From Octopus sinensis (lineage: Eukaryota), in NCBI RefSeq assembly GCF_006345805.1, contig NW_021835862.1:1-38694 (forward strand): DNA of 38,694 nucleotides, written 5' to 3'. This document shows, piece after piece, positions 1 to 11,267 of the stretch (the stretch's first letter is position 1; the number at the start of each line of letters is the position of its first letter). The notes under the pieces were generated by a model. It made no database searches. It was not told where the DNA came from and was given only the letters and a program-made list of their open reading frames with translations. The position numbers were made by a program, and so were the translations under genes.

Positions 1-120
1 AGAGTTTGCTTTTCATCCTTTTGGGGCCGATTTTAAAAAGTACCAGTTACACACTGGGTCGATGTAATCGACTATCTCCCTCCCCCAAATTTCACGCCTT
101 GTGCCTATAATAGAAAGAAT
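1..120 (+). mobile_element. SINE family 1, 3' part
   Basis: Contains the central motif CTTTCATCCTTT.GGG.CGAT...AAGTACCAG and the tail GCCTTGTGCCTATAATAGAAAG followed by ATT repeats; recurs many times in the window. Confidence 0.75.
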
Positions 121-138
121 TATCATTATTATTATTGA

Positions 139-349
139 TGACGGTGAGCTGGCTGATCGTTAGCACGCCGGGCAAAATGCTTAGCGGTATTTTGTACGTC
201 TTTATATTCTGAGTTCAAATTTTGCCAAGCGGGGCTTTGCCTTTCATCGTTTCAGGGTCGATAGATTAAGTACTACTCAAGTACTTGGGTCAATGCGTTC
301 GGTTATCCCCCTCCAACAAATTCCAAGCCTTGTGCCTATAAGGGAAAGG

Positions 350-350
<1 letters not shown>
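139..350 (+). mobile_element. SINE family 1 (tRNA-derived head, (ATT)n tail)
   Basis: Head GGTGAGCTGGC..CGTTAGC, B-box-like GAGTTCAAAT, central GCCTTTCATC..GGGTCGATA motif, (ATT)n tail from 351. Confidence 0.8.
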
Positions 351-398
<48 letters not shown>

Positions 399-411
399 TA
401 TTATTATTATT

Positions 412-438
412 GAGTGAAAGAGGGAGCGAGAGAGAGAG

Positions 439-485
<47 letters not shown>

Positions 486-765
486 CGTGCATGGCATCAA
501 AGTGACATTGGGATAAAATATACGAAGCCTAGTATGCCCGTCAGACACATCAAAACCATATATGCGTGACATAGTGATCTCATATGAAGATAAACAGCGC
601 ATGACCTTGCAGGTGGGGCCCAGTTAGAATTTTCTTCAGTTTGAGTTGCCCAGCCGCTCAAAAGGTTCCATGAATAAGGGTTGTTTAAAGATATTAAATG
701 AAACACACATGTTTCCAGAGGTAAATTATTGAAACCGCAAGGAATTGCTCTCAACGCATAGCTAT
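412..765. mobile_element. Partial copy of the ~556-bp (TAA)n-associated non-coding element, with an expanded (AG)n
   Basis: Aligns by eye to 811-1367; has an internal deletion and is truncated. Confidence 0.8.
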
Positions 766-810
766 CTAGATTGTAGAGTATTTCTAAGGTTTTCAGATAT
801 TATTATTATT

Positions 811-1367
811 GAGTGAGAGAGCAATGCATGCCATCAAACTGACACTGGGTTAAAATATACGAAGCCCAGTATACACATCATGACTACCCGTCTGATAAGG
901 GTACACTAGGCACATGCATCACAACCATATGTGCGCGACATGGTGATCTCATATCGAGATAAACAGCATATGACCTTGCAGGTGGGGCTCAGTTAGAATT
1001 TTCTCCTGGTCGAGTAACCTATCCCGCTCAAAAGGTTCCTGAATAAGGGTTGTTTAAGGATGTTGAACGGAACACCCATGTTTCCAGAGGTGAATTATTC
1101 AAACCACAAAGAATCACTTGCAACACACGGCTATGATGCTACTCCAACTACTTCTGCTCGTGATCAGAGATGCACATATCGTCAGCCCCTAAGGGTCATG
1201 CTCAACTGGTTAAGGTCAAACAACTGACAAGCAAATCTGTGGTATTGAGCAGAATATTTACTGTAGCCCATCTTTTATATCAAGACAAAACAATGTACAT
1301 GATAACACTTCCAATCAGTTAAGATCAGAAGCCATGAGAGCCACTGCCTGGTACTGCATCAGGGCAT
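811..1367. mobile_element. ~556-bp non-autonomous interspersed element flanked by (ATT)n
   Basis: Highly similar full-length copies at 24948-25503 and 27964-28506 with the same ends (GAGTGAG... / ...ATCAGGGCAT); no ORF, TIR or tRNA head seen. Confidence 0.85.
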
Positions 1368-1408
1368 TTTATTATTATTATTATTATTTATTATTATTAT
1401 TATTATTA

Positions 1409-1479
<71 letters not shown>

Positions 1480-1480
<1 letters not shown>

Positions 1481-2945
1481 GTAGTCGTTTTTTATAACGT
1501 GCTTTCGCTGCACTACCGAATGCAGCTCTGTGTGCTCTGTGTGTGTGTACTGTAGTTTGTGGAGCTCTTATTTTTACTGTATTTAAAGTGTTTTATGTAG
1601 GATGTATGCGGTGCCTAGTAGTGCTATTTTCTGTATGTTATATATACTTGTTAATCCTAGTGTTTTTTTACGTAGTTGTATGAATACTTTTTTCATCGTA
1701 CCTAATGCGACCACTATGATAGGAAATGTTTCTGTTTTTAAACTCTAAATTCGAGTTGCCTCTATTTCCAGATATTTGTATTTTGAAAGTTTCTTTGTTT
1801 CTTTTAGTGAAACATTGTCATCTGTTGGTATTGGTACATCGATTAGAAAGCAATTTTTTCTTGGTGATCTCTGACAACTATATCCGGCCTGTTGGCCTTA
1901 ATTTCTCTGTGTGTACTGGCATGTCCCAGTGTATGGTTGCTTTCTCATTTTCTGTTATCTTTTCATTACATGTTTTTGGTAATTTCTGGTGGGAAAGCTT
2001 TGATCGTGTGCTGCAATTAAAATTCCTTCAGTCTCTGCTTTGAGTTCTGAGCTTCTCAGCCATTTTGGGGATTTTGCTTTGCCTATTTCTTTTCTGTTTA
2101 GTTTAACCAAGTATTTGTCATGAAGGGGCTTTTCTTGCCATCGTTTTATCACGACCCGTTGCTGTTTCAGTTTTAGTTTGGAGTAAGGACTGTTCGTTTT
2201 TTTTATGGCTATTTGTGTTAGTTTTCCTTGCTTCTGAAGTAGGTATTTCTGTAGTCCTATGGTGGTCATGCTGTAATAGTTTTCTAGCTATATAAGGCCT
2301 CTACCACCTTCGATACGTTGTATATGCAGCCTTTCTGTGTCAGATTTTGGGTGGTGCATCCTAAATCCTGTCATAATTTTTCTTGTTTTCCTGTTTATTT
2401 TGATTAGTTAAGAATAGTGTAGCTGTAACTGGAACGGCTAGAGTGTTGATACCCATTACCTTGTTTTCGTATTGAGCTCTGTTTCAGTATTAATCTAACT
2501 TGTCTATAGTATTCTTTTCTTATCTTCTTTCTCTTTCATTTGTGATTGTTGTATCGTGTCTACTTCATTGATTCCTAAGTATTTGTATGTCTAGCTTTGG
2601 TCTAATTCGTTTATTTCATCTGCGTTTATTTAGTGTGATGTTGCTACTCTTAACTAGTTTTCGTCTTTTCAACGTTGCTTTGGCACATTTTCCTAAGCCA
2701 AATTTCATGTTTATTTCTTTGGTTAATTCATATAATTTGTAGTAATGTTTCCAGGTATTTATCATTTGTAGCGTACAGTTTTTGATCATCCATATATAAG
2801 AGGTGGCTGATTGTTTTGTCGTAACAGTTGTATCCTCATCCAGTTCTGTTTAGCATGTCAGATAAAGGTGTCAGTGCCAAGCAGAAAAGGAGTGAAGAGA
2901 GCGTGTCTTCCTGGAATACCCCCTTCTAATGGGGATGGCTTTGGT
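1480..2945 (-). mobile_element. 5'-truncated, decayed R4/Dong-like non-LTR retrotransposon (RT to C-terminus)
   Basis: Minus strand gives IRRG(I)FQEDTLSSLLFCLALTPLS, ISHLLYMDD (~2785-2811), GGRGL, WQEKPLH..KAETEGILIAAHDQS..TRNY and C-terminal IQKIALLGTAYIL; (ATT)n on both sides. Confidence 0.85.
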
Positions 2946-3025
2946 TATTATTATTATTATTATTATTATTATTGTTGTTGTTGTTGTTGTTGTTATTATT
3001 GTTGTTGTTGTTATTATTATTGTTG

Positions 3026-3056
<31 letters not shown>

Positions 3057-3644
3057 ATTATTATTATTATTATTATATTATTATTGTTGTTGTTGTTGTT
3101 ACCGTGTAAATTCCATGCCTTATAATTGTGTGAATCCATGTATTTATATAAGATTGTTTCATTATGTTAAAGAATTCGATGACGTCATTGATCTTGTTCT
3201 ATAATTAAGCTTGTTTAAAGCAGAGTACTCGAAAACCCCTCGTTACAAGCAGAATGATGCTATAGATAGTAACAACGAACATATCTATTTTTGTTTGCTG
3301 ATCGGCTGGAGGGTTTAGTTTTCCCAGGCATTTGAAAATAACGCAACTGTGGTGATTTAATTATAATCAAAACGGCCAAGTTGATTTAAAAATAGGCTGA
3401 GTTGAATATATTACTGGGAATTCGAGAAGCTATAGGAATGCCTACATTTCTTCAGTGAGCTATTAACGCTTGATCCTTATACCCAGCCCCACCGAATATT
3501 TACGGTTATGTCTTTTGCTGGGCAAAATGAGTATCAGTCAACTTCTCTTTATTGATGTCTATCAAATATAGAGCCAATCAATTACTGAGGCAGTTTAAAC
3601 TGATGTAATTGCATCCTAGACGTGTGACGTCATTGTGTATCTTT

Positions 3645-3836
3645 TATCCTTTACTTGTTTCGGTCATTAGACTGCGGCCATACCGAAGCACTGCCTTGAA
3701 GAATTTTAATCGAACGAATCGGCCTCAGTACTTATTCTATCTAAAGTCGCGTACTTATTTTATCGGTATCTTTTACCGAACCGTTAGGCTACGGAGACGT
3801 AAACACAGCACCACCGGTTATCAAGCGCTGGTGGAG
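3645..3836 (-). mobile_element. SINE family 2, 3' portion
   Basis: Matches 7270-7450 (TTTACTTGTTTC.GTCATT.GACTGCGGCCAT...). Confidence 0.7.
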
Positions 3837-4043
3837 GGCTAAACACAGAGAGGACAAACAAGGACAGACAAACGGATTAAGTCGATTATATCGGCCCCAG
3901 TGCGTAACTGCTACTTATTTAATCGACCCTGAAAGGATCAAAGGCAAAGTGGACTTCGGCAGAATTTGAACTCAGAACGTAACGGCAGACGAAATACCGC
4001 TAAGCATTTCGCCCGACGTGCTAACGTTTCTGCCAGCTCGCCG
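3836..4043 (-). mobile_element. SINE family 1, variant with LINE-like tail
   Basis: Reverse complement of the family 1 head and core; tail matches 38280-38313. Confidence 0.8.
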
Positions 4044-4738
4044 GAAGCAAATTTCTTATCACATAGCTACGTCTGTATGTTAGAAAAAATATTATGATTA
4101 TAATAGCAGACACCATAATAAAACAGTCAGTACTCGCCTATCGAACTACCAACACTGTTTCGACTCTCAGCCGAAATTTTATTGCTTCGTTTATATCGGT
4201 AACGTCACTGCAAAGATATAAACGTCAGATGCTGCCTTTTCTTTTTCGTCATAACAAATTAAACTTATGTTTGAGATTGTAAGCGTTTTTGCAATTTTAT
4301 GTTAATTTTATACATATCTCACGTTTTATATTCTGTTTATTCTGTTGCTACTTCTGACAAGTGTTATAGCATGCAGAAAGTTTTTCCAGTTTTTCCTCTC
4401 GTTCAAGCGTTAGAACGATGCCACACCCTCTTGGATATGATCCCAGTCTATCGCAAGTTTTAACCAATTCGGACTCAGCACTAAGCTAACAAAATATTCA
4501 TCCAACGGAAATTATTTGTAGCTAAGCAAACAAAATTATGTCGTTATTCTTTTATTGGTTTCTGTCATTGAACGGCTGTCTTTGAGCATTTGAAGGGTTT
4601 TAGTGCACCATAACAATCTAGAATTTTGGCCGTAATTACTTACCTTCCTTTGGTGGGAGAAAGACAAAATCTGTCTGGCACTAAAAAGAACTAACCGAGA
4701 CGGAACGAAATACTACAATTCATTTTAGTTCAATACTT

Positions 4739-4806
<68 letters not shown>

Positions 4807-4884
4807 TAATGTATAAATATATGCATATATACATACATATATGTACATACCTACATCTATACGTATATATACATGCATATATCG

Positions 4885-5168
4885 GTACAGGACATAAAAA
4901 AAAACGTTGAACACAATGAGAAACGAGACATACAACATAAAGAATATTCCCCTTCTTCAGTTGTCCCTGTTTCATCAACCCCGCTACCTTCGAAACGCGG
5001 AGTAGCTGAAACATGGAAAACAGACGAAGGGGAATATTCCTTGTGTTGTATGTCTTGTACTCTGTTTTTTTCGTTGTTTGAAAAAAGTTCGTTTCTATGT
5101 TTTTGTTTTTGTTTTCGTTTCTCATTATGTTCAAGGTTTTTTTGATGTCCTGTACTCAGGACATCAAT
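4885..5168. repeat. Imperfect fold-back (inverted repeat) next to the PLE remnant
   Basis: GTACAGGACAT..GAACACAATGAGAAACGA pairs with TCGTTTCTCATTATGTTC..ATGTCCTGTAC; inner arms GAATATTCCCCTTC / GAAGGGGAATATTC; second small hairpin TTGATGTCCTG-TACT-CAGGACATCAA at ~5143-5168. Confidence 0.75.
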
Positions 5169-6010
5169 TTTGGAGATTGTTTTCAGGAATGGAGGAGATA
5201 TTATTATCAGAGGGAAGGTTAGAGAAGGGGGTAGAAAGGTCTGGACTATTTGTATTATTACTATTATTGTTATTATTACTATTGTTGTTATTAATTGTAC
5301 TATTTGTAAGAGTGGTAGAGGTTGTGGTGGTGTTCTGGGTAGTTTCAGTAGAATAGGTTGAGTTGTAGTTGCGGTCTTATGTAAGGGTTTCTGTGCTGAA
5401 GCTGTGTGCGTGTTGAGCGTTCGTGTAACTAGAAGTGAAATTATGTGAGTTTTGACAGTAGAGAGAAAGCTTTTGTTTGTTAGAGGCTGCTATGATAGAT
5501 TCGAAGTTGGTGGGGCAGAATAGGATAGTTTCAGGGTGGATCTATTAAAGATAGAATAATATTTATGTTGACGAGGGAAGTTGGAGTCTAGTATTTTAAA
5601 GAAAGATTTAGCTAAGTTCTTAACGTTAAGTGAGAAGGGCGGGTTATACCACAGAACAGAGCGTCCGCTACTTTTTTTAGGGTGTTTACGATTTAGGAGA
5701 ACGAAGTGCTATCTATATTTTTGGAGAAGGTAGGGGTGTGGCAAAGTCTGTTGTTGTTAGCTGTTTTAGTTTTTGATCTAGTGTTAAATGTATGGGTGCG
5801 GGGTCCTGGTTGTCTAGATATGAGATCTTTCGGGGTTCTATCAAAGTGTAAGTGTGGTTGTGATTGTGATGGTTGGTGCGTCTTTGAAATATGATTTGAG
5901 CTATATATTGTTTGAACCTGGTGTTATGGACGTATTTTATTTGTTGGGAGAAGCCGCTAGCGGCGAGTGTTTGATTGTAATATGGTGCGTCGTTATCAAA
6001 AATTTCTTGG
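5169..6010 (-). pseudogene. Penelope-like element ORF remnant (RT C-terminal/linker region)
   Basis: Minus strand gives EIFDNDAPYYNQTLAASGF and VLWYNPPFSLNVKNLAKSFFKILDSNFPRQHKYYSIFNRSTLKLSYS, resembling the W[FY]NPP[FY]S...IFNR.T.K.SYS block of GIY-YIG PLE proteins; stops and frameshifts present. Confidence 0.7.
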
Positions 6011-7199
6011 ACAAAATAATAGAAACACCTTAAAATTTCAAACAAATTCATTTTAATATGGGTTAGGACCGCCTATGGCAGTAATGGCAGCTTGCATTCT
6101 ACGAGGTAAGGACTCGTACAAAGCTTATATTGTTTCCAAAGGAATTTTTGTCCATTCTTCAGCTTAAACAGTATCCAGTTATTGTAGTGATGATGGTGGA
6201 GGATATCGACTCCTTAATTGTTTTTATAAAATTCACCATAAATGTTCAATAATATTGAGAATTGGGGACTGTGGTGGCCAGATAAGATGTTCAACTCCAC
6301 TAGAATGCTCCTCGTGCCATTTATGAATTGGTGCATTATCATCCTGAAAGATTGCATTTCCCTCTGAAAACAGTTCGCAACCATAGGATAAATTTGATCA
6401 GATAAAATGCTTAAAATTCTGTCATGAAGGGAAACTATTGGGCCGGCGGATTTGCAAGATATAGTCTGCCAGATCATCACAGATCATCCTCCATGTTTAA
6501 CAGTTGGAAAAAGGCAGTCTGGGTCAAATGTTTCTTTTGGCTGTCTCCACACGTATACTCGGCCGGATTTCGGAAATAAGGTAAAGGATGCCCTTGGACC
6601 AATTCTGTAGGTTTTTACTCCAATATAAACGCTTTGCAACGTATGTTTTTGAAAGTAGTGGTTTTCTGATTACAGTCCTCCCGTGAAATCTGGCTTTGTG
6701 CAGCTCCTAGCAAAAGGTTTTTGTGGAAACTGGGTGTTCAAAGTGGTCATTATGCTCTGCAGTAATTTTGGGAGCTGTTCTTTTGTGATCCTTTCTAATA
6801 ATTCGCGTAAGAGTTCGACGGTCCCTATCTGAAAGTTTTGTTTTTCTTCCGGAGTTTTGTTTCGATAAGGAGGTTTTTCCCTCTTTCTCAAAGGCTGACA
6901 TTAATTTCGAAACAGTACGTCTTGATACACCAAACATTTCGGCTGATTTCTTTACGCTAAAGCCAGCCATACGAGCACCAACAATTTCACCTCTTTGAAA
7001 GTCCAATAGATCTGTCATTTTAATGAATTTTAGTTACATTTTTCTGATGATATCTGGAAAGAAAGAGGAATTTTTAACAAAACATATTAAGAAACACTAA
7101 TAATAAATAAAAAAAATAAACAAGCTTTTGACGGTTTTAGATATTTAAAAATTATGATGCTATGATGCTAGGTGTTAACATAATTTTGTCCAAACCTTG
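6009..7199 (-). mobile_element. Tc1/mariner DNA transposon, decayed
   Basis: Imperfect TIRs TTGGACAAAATAATAGAAACACC (from 6009) and GGTGTTAACATAATTTTGTCCAA (from 7171) enclose a transposase relic. Confidence 0.85.
6053..7018 (-). pseudogene. Tc1-family DDE transposase pseudogene
   Basis: N-terminal HTH MTDLLDFQRGEIVGAR..GRKTKLSDRDRR, then RKPLLS, TVKHGG, FQDDNAPIH, WPPQSP.LNIIEHLW and terminal GGPNPY*; multiple frameshifts and stops. Confidence 0.9.
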
Positions 7200-7235
7200 C
7201 ATGTATATATGTATACATATATGGATGCGAATATG

Positions 7236-7268
<33 letters not shown>

Positions 7269-7269
7269 T

Positions 7270-7667
7270 ACTCTTTTACTCTTTTACTTGTTTCAGTTAT
7301 TTGACTGCGGCCATGCTGGAGCACCGCCTTTAATCGAGCAACTTATTCTTTTGTAAGACCAGTACTTATTCTATCGGTCTCTTTTGCCGAACCGCTAAAT
7401 AACGGGGACATAAGCACACCAGCATCGGTTGTCAAGCAATGCTAGGGGGACAAACACAGACGCACAAACACACACACGCACATATATACATATATATACA
7501 TATATACGACGGCTTCTTTCAGTTTCCGTCTACCAATCCACTCACAAGGCTTTGGTCGGCCCGAGGCTATAGTAGAAGACACTTGCCCAAGGTGCCACGC
7601 AGTGCGACTGAACTCGGAACCATGTGTTTGGTAAACAAGCTACTTACCACACAGCCACTCCTGCGCC
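7270..7667 (-). mobile_element. SINE family 2 (tRNA head plus CORE-like domain)
   Basis: Minus strand starts GGCGCAGGAGTGGCTGTGTGG (A box), GAGTTCAGTC (B box), CCTTGGGCAAGTGTCTT (CORE-like), internal (TA)/(TG), ends GAAACAAGTAAAAGAGT. Confidence 0.8.
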
Positions 7668-7686
7668 TATGTATATATATGTATAT

Positions 7687-7767
<81 letters not shown>

Positions 7768-8239
7768 ATTAAATATTAAATATTAAATAATTCTATCTTA
7801 CCAACTCAACTCAGTATCAGAGCGAGCTATAATCCTCAACTAGTATCACCGAATTCAAATTTGTGAATGAAACGATTGTGTCAACAGCCCCTTCCCACCC
7901 GCGTGTAGCCCAAACAAGATGCTGTAGTCATCTACTGAGATAAAATATGGTTATCCGTAATAATGAAGGGTGAAATTAATTAATTTGGGATAATTATCAA
8001 TTACACCAAGTAGTCTTCGGCATGTAAAAGCCTCATTTGAGGAAAATTTAAGTAATACTAAGCAATAAGGGTTCAGCAACGAATTGCCTTCCACATACCG
8101 AATTTAGAAATAGCAGTCAAAGGGTTATAGCTATTTCTTCTACTAAAAAGGAGATCTCAGTAAAAACAGCAATTGGAAGGCTGACACAAACAGGTAAGAG
8201 AGAATGAATTAACCGCAATCTATCAACATTTTAAAGTTA

Positions 8240-8349
8240 TCCACGGACGTACGTTTCGAAATCAAGTTTTAGGAAAGCATAAGAATTAAAATATTAAATA
8301 TTAAATAATTCTATCTTACCGAAACTTCTTTTCTCTTCTTCAGCGTGGA
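8240..8349 (-). ncRNA. Type I hammerhead ribozyme motif, family A (3-nt insertion after core)
   Basis: Reverse complement reads TCCACG-CTGAAGA-(AGA)GAAA...TTTC-GAAAC-GTAC-GTC-CGTGGA. Confidence 0.7.
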
Positions 8350-8841
8350 ATACTATAATCATAAATGATTATATATTGAATTTTGAGATACTAGGAGGTA
8401 CCAACTCAACTCAGTATCAGAGCGAGCTAGAATCCTCAACTAGTATCACCGAATTCAAATTTGTGAATGAACGATTGTGTCAACACAGCCCTTCCCACCC
8501 GCGTGTAGCCAAAACAAGATGCTGTAGTCATCTACTGAGATAAAATATGGTTATCCGTAATAATGAAGGGTGAAATTAATTAATTTGGGATAATTATCAA
8601 TTACACCAAGTAGTCTTCGGCATGTAAAAGCCTCATTGAGGAAAATTTAAGTAATACTAAGCAATAAGGGTTCAGCAACGAATTGCCTTACCACATACCG
8701 AATTTAGAAATAGCAGTCAAAGGTTATAGCTATTTCTTCTACTAAAAAGGGAGATCTCAGTAAAAACAGCAATTGGAAGGCTGACACAAACAGGTAAGAG
8801 AGAATGAATTAACCGCAATCTATCAAACATTTTTAAAGTTA

Positions 8842-8950
8842 TCCACCACGACGTACGTTTCGAAATCAAGTTTTAGGAAAGCATAAGAATTAAAATATTA
8901 AATATTAAATAATTCTATCTTACCGAAACTTCTTTTCTCTTCAGCGTGGA
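8842..8950 (-). ncRNA. Type I hammerhead ribozyme motif, family A (indel in stem I 3' strand)
   Basis: Reverse complement reads TCCACG-CTGAAGA-GAAA...TTTC-GAAAC-GTAC-GTC-GTGGTGGA. Confidence 0.7.
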
Positions 8951-9221
8951 ATACTATAATCATAAATGATTATTATTATGAATTTTGAGATACTAGGAGG
9001 TACCAACTCAACTCAGTATCAGAGCGAGCTAGAATCCTCAACTAGTATCACCGAATTCAAATTTGTGAATGAAACGATTGTGTCAACAGCCCCTTCCCAC
9101 CCGCGTGTAGCCAAAACAAGATGCTGTAGTCATCTACTGAGATAAAATATGGTTATCCGTAATAATGAAGGGTGAGTATCTCAAAATTCAATATATAATC
9201 ATTTATGATTATAGTATTCCA

Positions 9222-9326
9222 CCACGCTGAAGAGAAAAGAAGTTTCGGTAAGATAGAATTATTTAATATTTAATATTTTAATTCTTATGCTTTCCTAAAA
9301 CTTGATTTCGAAACGTACGTCCGTGA
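9222..9326 (+). ncRNA. Type I hammerhead ribozyme motif, family A
   Basis: CACG-CTGAAGA (9227-9233), GAAAC (9310-9314), GTAC, GTC (9319-9321), CGTG. Confidence 0.78.
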
Positions 9327-9826
9327 TAACTTTAAAAATGTTTGATAGATTGCGTGTAATTCATTCTCTCTTACCTGTTTGTGTCAGCCTTCCAATTGCT
9401 GTTTTTACTGAGATCTCCCTTTTTAGTAGAAGAAAAAGCTATAACCCTTTGACTGCTATTTCTAAATTCGGTATGTGGTAAGGCAATTCGTTGCTGAACC
9501 CTTATTGCTTAGTATTACTTAAATTTTCCTCAAATGAGGCTTTTACATGCCGAAGACTACTTCGTGTAATTGATAATTATCCCAAATTAATTAATTTCAC
9601 CCTTCATTATTACGGATAACCATATTTTAATCTCAGTAGATGACTACAGCATCTTGTTTTGGCTACACGCGGGTGGGAAGGGGCTGTTGACACAATCGTT
9701 TCATTCACAAAATTGAATTCGGTGATACTAGTTGAGGATTCTAGCTCGCTCTGATACTGAGTTGAGTTGGGTACCCTAGTATCCTATATCTCACAATTCA
9801 TATATAATCATTTATGATTATAGTAT

Positions 9827-9936
9827 TCCACGCTGCTGAAGAGAAAAGAAGTTTCGGTAAGATAGAATTATTTAATATTTAATATTTTAATTCTTATGCT
9901 TTCCTAAAACTTGATTTCGAAACGTACGTCCGTGGA
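9827..9936 (+). ncRNA. Type I hammerhead ribozyme motif, family A (CTG duplicated before core)
   Basis: TCCACG-CTG-CTGAAGA (9836-9842), GAAAC (9919-9923), GTC (9928-9930), CGTGGA. Confidence 0.72.
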
Positions 9937-10434
9937 TAACTTTAAAAATGTTTGATAGATTGCGGTTAATTCATTCTCTCTTACCTGTTTGTGTCAGCCT
10001 TCCAATTGCTGTTTTTACTGAGATCTCCCTTTTTGTAGAAGAAATAGCTATAACCCTTTGAACTGCTATTTCTAAATTCGGTATGTGGTAAGGCAATTCG
10101 TTGCTGAACCCTTATTGCTTAGTATTACTTAATTTTCCTCAAATGAGGCTTTTACATGCCGAAGACTACTTGGTGTAATTGATATTATCCCAAATTAATT
10201 AATTTCACCCTTCATTATTACGGATAACCATATTTTATCTCAGTAGATGACTACAGCATCTTGTTTTGGCTACACGCGGGTGGGAAGGGGCTGTTGACAC
10301 AATCGTTTCATTCACAAATTTGAATTCGGTGATACTAGTTGAGGATTCTAGCTCGCTCTGATACTGATTTGAGTTGGTACCTCCCTATCCTAGTATCTCA
10401 AAATTCAATATATAATCATTTATGATTATAGTAT

Positions 10435-10541
10435 TCCACGCTGAAGAGAAAAGAAGTTTCGGTAAGATAGAATTATTTAATATTTAATATTTTAATTCTT
10501 ATGCTTTCCTAAAACTTGATTTCGAAACGTACGTCCGTGGA
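10435..10541 (+). ncRNA. Type I hammerhead ribozyme motif, family A, intact
   Basis: Stem I TCCACG (10435-10440) / CGTGGA (10536-10541); CTGAAGA 10441-10447; stem II GAAA-ag-AAGTTT / AAACTT-ga-TTTC; GAAAC 10524-10528; stem III palindrome ACGTACGT; GUC cleavage predicted after 10535. Confidence 0.88.
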
Positions 10542-10845
10542 TAACTTTAAAAATGTTTGATAGATTGCGGTTAATTCATTCTCTCTTACCTGTTTGTGTC
10601 AGCCTTCCAATTGCTGTTTTTACTGAGACTCCCTTTTTAGTAGAAGAAATAGCTATAACCCTTTGACTGCTATTTCTAAATTCGGTATGTGGTAAGGCAA
10701 TTCGTTGCTGAACCCTTATTGCTTAGTATTACTTATATATATATATGTATGTATATATATATTATATATATTATATATATATATATATATAATATATATA
10801 TATATATGTATGTATATATGCATATATGTATATATATATATATGC

Positions 10846-10877
<32 letters not shown>

Positions 10878-10955
10878 AATATATAGTGTATATATATGCA
10901 TATATGTATATATATATGTATATATATATGCATATATGTATATATATATATATGC

Positions 10956-10986
<31 letters not shown>

Positions 10987-11027
10987 ATATATTATATATA
11001 TATGTAAATATATGTATATATATGTAA

Positions 11028-11058
<31 letters not shown>

Positions 11059-11267
11059 CACATATATTTAGTTACAGGTTAAAGTATCCTCATTAAGGGA
11101 TAATATCCAGTGAATTACTGGTTCATTGCCTAGTATTTTTTGCGAACAGTATTATTCATTAAATAATAAGTCTAAATACAAATCTTGAAATAAATATTGA
11201 AAAGAAAATTCAGCGAATGGAGATGTAGCATTAATATTATTTATTCACTGCAAAACTCTAACATATT

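Larger units (their letters stand above)
7765..10734. repeat. Tandem plus inverted array of a ~600-bp hammerhead-bearing unit (family A; retrozyme/PLE pLTR-like)
   Basis: Marker CCAACTCAAC at 7801, 8401, 9003; orientation flips at 9175/9176; inverted units start at ~9176, ~9787, ~10393; (TA)n on both flanks; no ORF. Confidence 0.92.

Noticed and set aside
4940-5010. Possible hammerhead in the PLE-adjacent fold-back (CTGAAGA on - at 4954-4960; CGAAACGC on + at ~4991)
   Set aside because: The two core halves are on opposite strands and no NUH site follows GAAAC
7600-7667. tRNA gene
   Set aside because: A and B boxes belong to a SINE head that continues into CORE-like and tail sequence
7765-10734. 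CRISPR array or LTR retrotransposon interpretation
   Set aside because: Units are whole ~600-bp copies with no unique spacers, and there is no gag/pol, PBS or TG..CA boundary
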